A stretch of DNA of 40,885 nucleotides, from positions 1-40,885 of the forward strand of contig CAMWTZ010000001.1 of assembly GCA_947177385.1 (NCBI GenBank), given 5' to 3'. The position numbers were made by a program, and so were the translations under genes. This document shows positions 37,596-40,885 of this stretch, in pieces. Source of the DNA: an uncultured Mycoplasmataceae bacterium. GTDB lineage: Bacteria > Bacillota_I > Bacilli_A > Mycoplasmatales > Mycoplasmoidaceae. The stretch's first letter is position 1, and every line of letters begins with the position of its first letter. Below the pieces are notes generated by a model, which was not told where the DNA came from, ran no database searches, and worked only from the letters and a program-made list of their open reading frames with translations.

Positions 37596-38282
37596 CTAGT
37601 TAGAAAAATTAACTTTTACACTAGGACCCATTGTAGGACTAACTGTTATATTTTGGATATATTGTCCTTTAACTGTTGATGGTTTTTTAGATTTTAATAG
37701 ACTAATTAAAGTTTCAATGTTTTCAACAATTTTTTTACTATCATTTGAAACTTTACCAACACACATATGAATGTTACCATATGTATCAACACGATATTCT
37801 AAACGACCCTTTTTAAATTCTGTGATTGTTTTTGGTAAATCTGTAGTTACTGTACCAATTTTAGGGTTTGGCATTAATCCACGAGGACCTAGTACTTTGC
37901 CTAACTTAGCTAATGCAGGCATGATTTTAGGAGTTGTAATAATTAAATCAATTTTATTTAACATTTTTTCAACATCTTGAATAATGTCAGTTCCACCAAA
38001 GTAATCAGCACCTAATTTTTTTGCTTCATCAGCAGACATCGTGTCATCGATAACTAAAATACGAGTTTCTTTCCCGTTACCATTTGGTAAAACAATTGAA
38101 CCACGTAATTGTTGTTCTACTTTTTTAGTATCTAAATTTAACTTAATTGCCACATCAATTGAACCAATAAATTTAGAGATTGATGCTTTTTGAGCTAATT
38201 GCACCGCTTCTTCTAATGGGTAAGATTTATTTTTGTCTACTAATGCAATTGCTTTTTGCATTTTTTTAGATAATTTTGCCAT
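37596..38282 (-). CDS. rplA: 50S ribosomal protein L1
   Basis: QQLRGSIVLPNGNGK, LGKVLGPRGLMPNPKIGTVT, TMGPSVK. Confidence 0.98.
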   Translation of the reverse strand: MAKLSKKMQKAIALVDKNKSYPLEEAVQLAQKASISKFIGSIDVAIKLNLDTKKVEQQLRGSIVLPNGNGKETRILVIDDTMSADEAKKLGADYFGGTDIIQDVEKMLNKIDLIITTPKIMPALAKLGKVLGPRGLMPNPKIGTVTTDLPKTITEFKKGRLEYRVDTYGNIHMCVGKVSNDSKKIVENIETLISLLKSKKPSTVKGQYIQNITVSPTMGPSVKVNFSN

Positions 38283-38734
38283 TAGTTGTCTCCTTTGTTT
38301 TTATAAGGACTAACACCTTCAATAGTAATTCCCATTTGTTTAGCAGAACCAGCTACCATACGTAAAACTGCTTCATCTGTATATGCATTTGTATCTGGCA
38401 ATTTATAACGAGCAATCTCTAAAGCTTTTTCTTTAGAAATAGTTGCAACTATTTGTTTTTTAGAATCTTTAGCGCCTGATTTGATTTTTGCTGCTTCTTT
38501 TAACAAAATTGTTACAGGAGTTGTTTTTGTAACATAATCAAATGATTTATCTTTGTATGCAGTAATGATTGTTGGAATAACTTGACCATTACGATCTTTA
38601 GTAGCATCATTAAATTGTTTAGTAAACTCAGCCATATTAATACCGACTGATGCTAATGCTGGACCTGGTTTAGCTTGACCACCAATTAAATTTAATTTAG
38701 CTACACGAGTGATTTCTTTTGTTTTTGGAGCCAC
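38282..38734 (-). CDS. rplK: 50S ribosomal protein L11 (probable GTG start)
   Basis: [43 protein letters not shown]; AGGT lies 7 nt before GTG 38734; the stop overlaps the rplA ATG. Confidence 0.97.
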   Translation of the reverse strand: MAPKTKEITRVAKLNLIGGQAKPGPALASVGINMAEFTKQFNDATKDRNGQVIPTIITAYKDKSFDYVTKTTPVTILLKEAAKIKSGAKDSKKQIVATISKEKALEIARYKLPDTNAYTDEAVLRMVAGSAKQMGITIEGVSPYKNKGDN

Positions 38735-38757
38735 ACGCAATACCTATCTTTCTTATA

Positions 38758-38804
38758 ACGTATTCGCTACGTGGTTATATAACGAGGGTAACTCCTCTAC
38801 CACA
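38758..38804 (-). promoter_or_regulatory. rplK leader, putative L1-binding autoregulatory RNA structure
   Basis: Minus strand GTGGT-AGAGGAGTTACCCTC-GTTATATA-ACCAC forms a stem/internal loop/stem, followed by an ACGTA/TACGT hairpin; resembles the Firmicute rplK leader. Confidence 0.7.
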
Positions 38805-38865
38805 TGCTGTCAAAATTTACTATAATATAAGTTACTATATCACATATTGATTATAGTATATTAAT

Positions 38866-39981
38866 ATGGATAATCAGCTAAAATTACCAAATGAGCGCGA
38901 TTTAGTATTTATTGATATTGAAGCGTCTGATGACAAACATTGCCAAGAAATGATTCAATTCTCAGCCATTAGAAAAAAACTAAATGGACAAGAAGATGAA
39001 TTTGATCAACTACTTAAACCTAAAAAACAATTATCTAATTACATTATTAATTTATTGAAAATAGACAATAATTTTTTAGATCAAAATGGAAAGACACTAG
39101 ATGAATGCAAAGATAAAATCATCGAATTTATTAAAGATTCAGTAATAATTTCATTTGGAGACTGAGACTTTAAATTTTTATCAAATCAATTAAAAATAAA
39201 TTTAGAAACAGAACTTAATTGTGAAAAATATGATTTGCAAAAGGAATTAAGAATAATTTCAGGTAAAAAACAATTGCCACTTCTGCAAATGTATAATTTT
39301 TTGTTTAAACAAAATGATTCTTTTAAAACATACCAACATTGTGCAACATTTGATACAAAAATTTTAAAAGATATTTTTTTAAAAATTAAAGATATGAGTC
39401 AGGATGAATTAGAAGGGTTGGTACCATTTATTCACTTAATGCCACGAACTGCAACTGCTTATCATAAAATTTTTTCTAAGTATGAACACAAACAAAAATG
39501 AAGTAATAGTTCCACAAAAAATAATTTTCCATTTATTATAAAAACTATGGAGATTGGAAAATTTGAAAATAAAGAAAATAATAAGCAAGTTATACATTAT
39601 TTAAAAAAACTTGTTGGTGGTTTTAAGGCGCCTTATAATGATTTTGTTATTAATTTAGAACACTACAATATTAAGACTCAGTCAATATATGATATTTATT
39701 ATGATGATGTTCAATCTAAACTAGTTAAATTTCTAAATTTAGTACATGATCATAAAATTATTTTTTACTCAACTAGCAAAGAAAAAGTGCAACATTTTTG
39801 CGAATTAATTTATGATGCAACAAAAATATATTGTGAAATTAACTACATTAATTTAGATATTTTAAACAACAATAAAATCCAAATAGACCAATACAAAGAA
39901 TTTTGTAATTTAATTAAACAATTACCAAAAAATAAAAGAAATAAATTTAGTGGATACTATTATGAAAAAAATAATTGTTAA
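38866..39981 (+). CDS. DEDDh (DnaQ-like) 3'-5' exonuclease with a long C-terminal extension, 371 aa
   Basis: ExoI FIDIEA, MIQFSA, ExoII ISFGDWD, ExoIII HCATFD; three track ORFs share one frame. Confidence 0.8.
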
Positions 39982-40885
39982 GGAAAATGATGTAGGTAAA
40001 CGTTTAGATAATTTTTTAACTAAAATGTATCCTCACATTTCTAAAGTATTATTTATAAAATGAATTCGTAATAAAGATATAAAAATAAATAATAAACGTT
40101 GTCAATTTAATGATTCTTTAAATTTAAACGATGAGATAACAATTTTTTTTGATAAATATTTAGCTAATAAAATCTCAAAAAATGATTTTATGGAAGCGTC
40201 TGATAAATTAGATATTATCTATGAAGATAAAAATATCATTATTACAAACAAGCCGATCGGTTTATTGTCTCATAATGATGACAATCAAAATAATGACACA
40301 ATAATAAATAGAATAAAAAAACATTTGGCTAATTCAAATGAATGAGATTATCAAAATGAAAATTCATTCTCACCAAGTTTGATAAACAGAATTGACTACA
40401 ACACATCAGGTATTGTAGTTGCTGCTAAAAATGCAAATTCATTGAGATTGTTGAATGATATTTTTAAAAATAGAGAAATAGAAAAGAGATATTATTGTCT
40501 TCTTCATTCAGATAATATCCCAAAAGAATGACAAACAATAAATCTTTATATTGATGATCGAACAGAAATTGTTAAAGTATACGATAATTATCAATTAAAC
40601 ACAAAAATAGCAATTACAAAATTTAGGGGTATAAAAGCAGTTGGTAATTACTTTTTAGTTGAAGTTGTTTTAATTACAGGAAGAAAACACCAAATTCGAG
40701 CAACATTTAATTTTTTAGATATTCCATTAGTTGGAGAACAAAAATATACAAAAAAAGAATTTAACGATAAAAAATATAAAACACAATTCCTTGTATCTTA
40801 TTTTTTAAAATTTAAAATTTCTGATTCAAAAAACCCATTATTCTATTTAAATAAATTAGAGTTTAAATTAAAAGATATTTGATTT
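39962..40885 (+). CDS. RluA-family pseudouridine synthase with N-terminal S4 domain; no stop inside the window
   Basis: Absent from the ORF track. MKKIIVKENDVGKRLDNFL, IIYEDKNIIITNKPIGLLSH, NRIDYNTSGIVVAAK, LITGRKHQIR; overlaps the exonuclease by 20 bp. Confidence 0.93.

Overview
Very AT-rich mollicute chromosomal segment that uses genetic code 4 (TGA=Trp). The supplied ORF track splits most genes at in-frame TGA codons; reading through TGA gives intact genes, with coordinates re-derived by hand. The L11 sequence, tRNA-Gly(GCC), ispF and gene order suggest the pneumoniae-group/Malacoplasma (M. penetrans/iowae/muris-like) lineage, which is an inference. Nearly all genes are on the minus strand. 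In order along the window: a partial DUF4011/SF1 helicase, P-type ATPase, tsaD (+), ligA, tRNA-Gly, APC permease, uvrB, secA, an ABC ATPase with no adjacent permease, tatD, mnmE, holB, tmk, serS, ftsH, hpt, ispF, a hypothetical gene, uvrA, a YtxH/DUF948-like pair, a 1333-aa lipoprotein, a 380-aa lipoprotein, a 1478-aa double-FtsX ABC permease, rplA, rplK, a DEDDh exonuclease (+) and a partial RluA-family synthase (+). No mobile elements or CRISPR arrays were seen. The best candidate for an undescribed system is the permease/lipoprotein/P116-like lipoprotein cluster (27868-37502), possibly working with the unpaired ABC ATPase about 17 kb from the permease, as a host-lipid capture and transport module.
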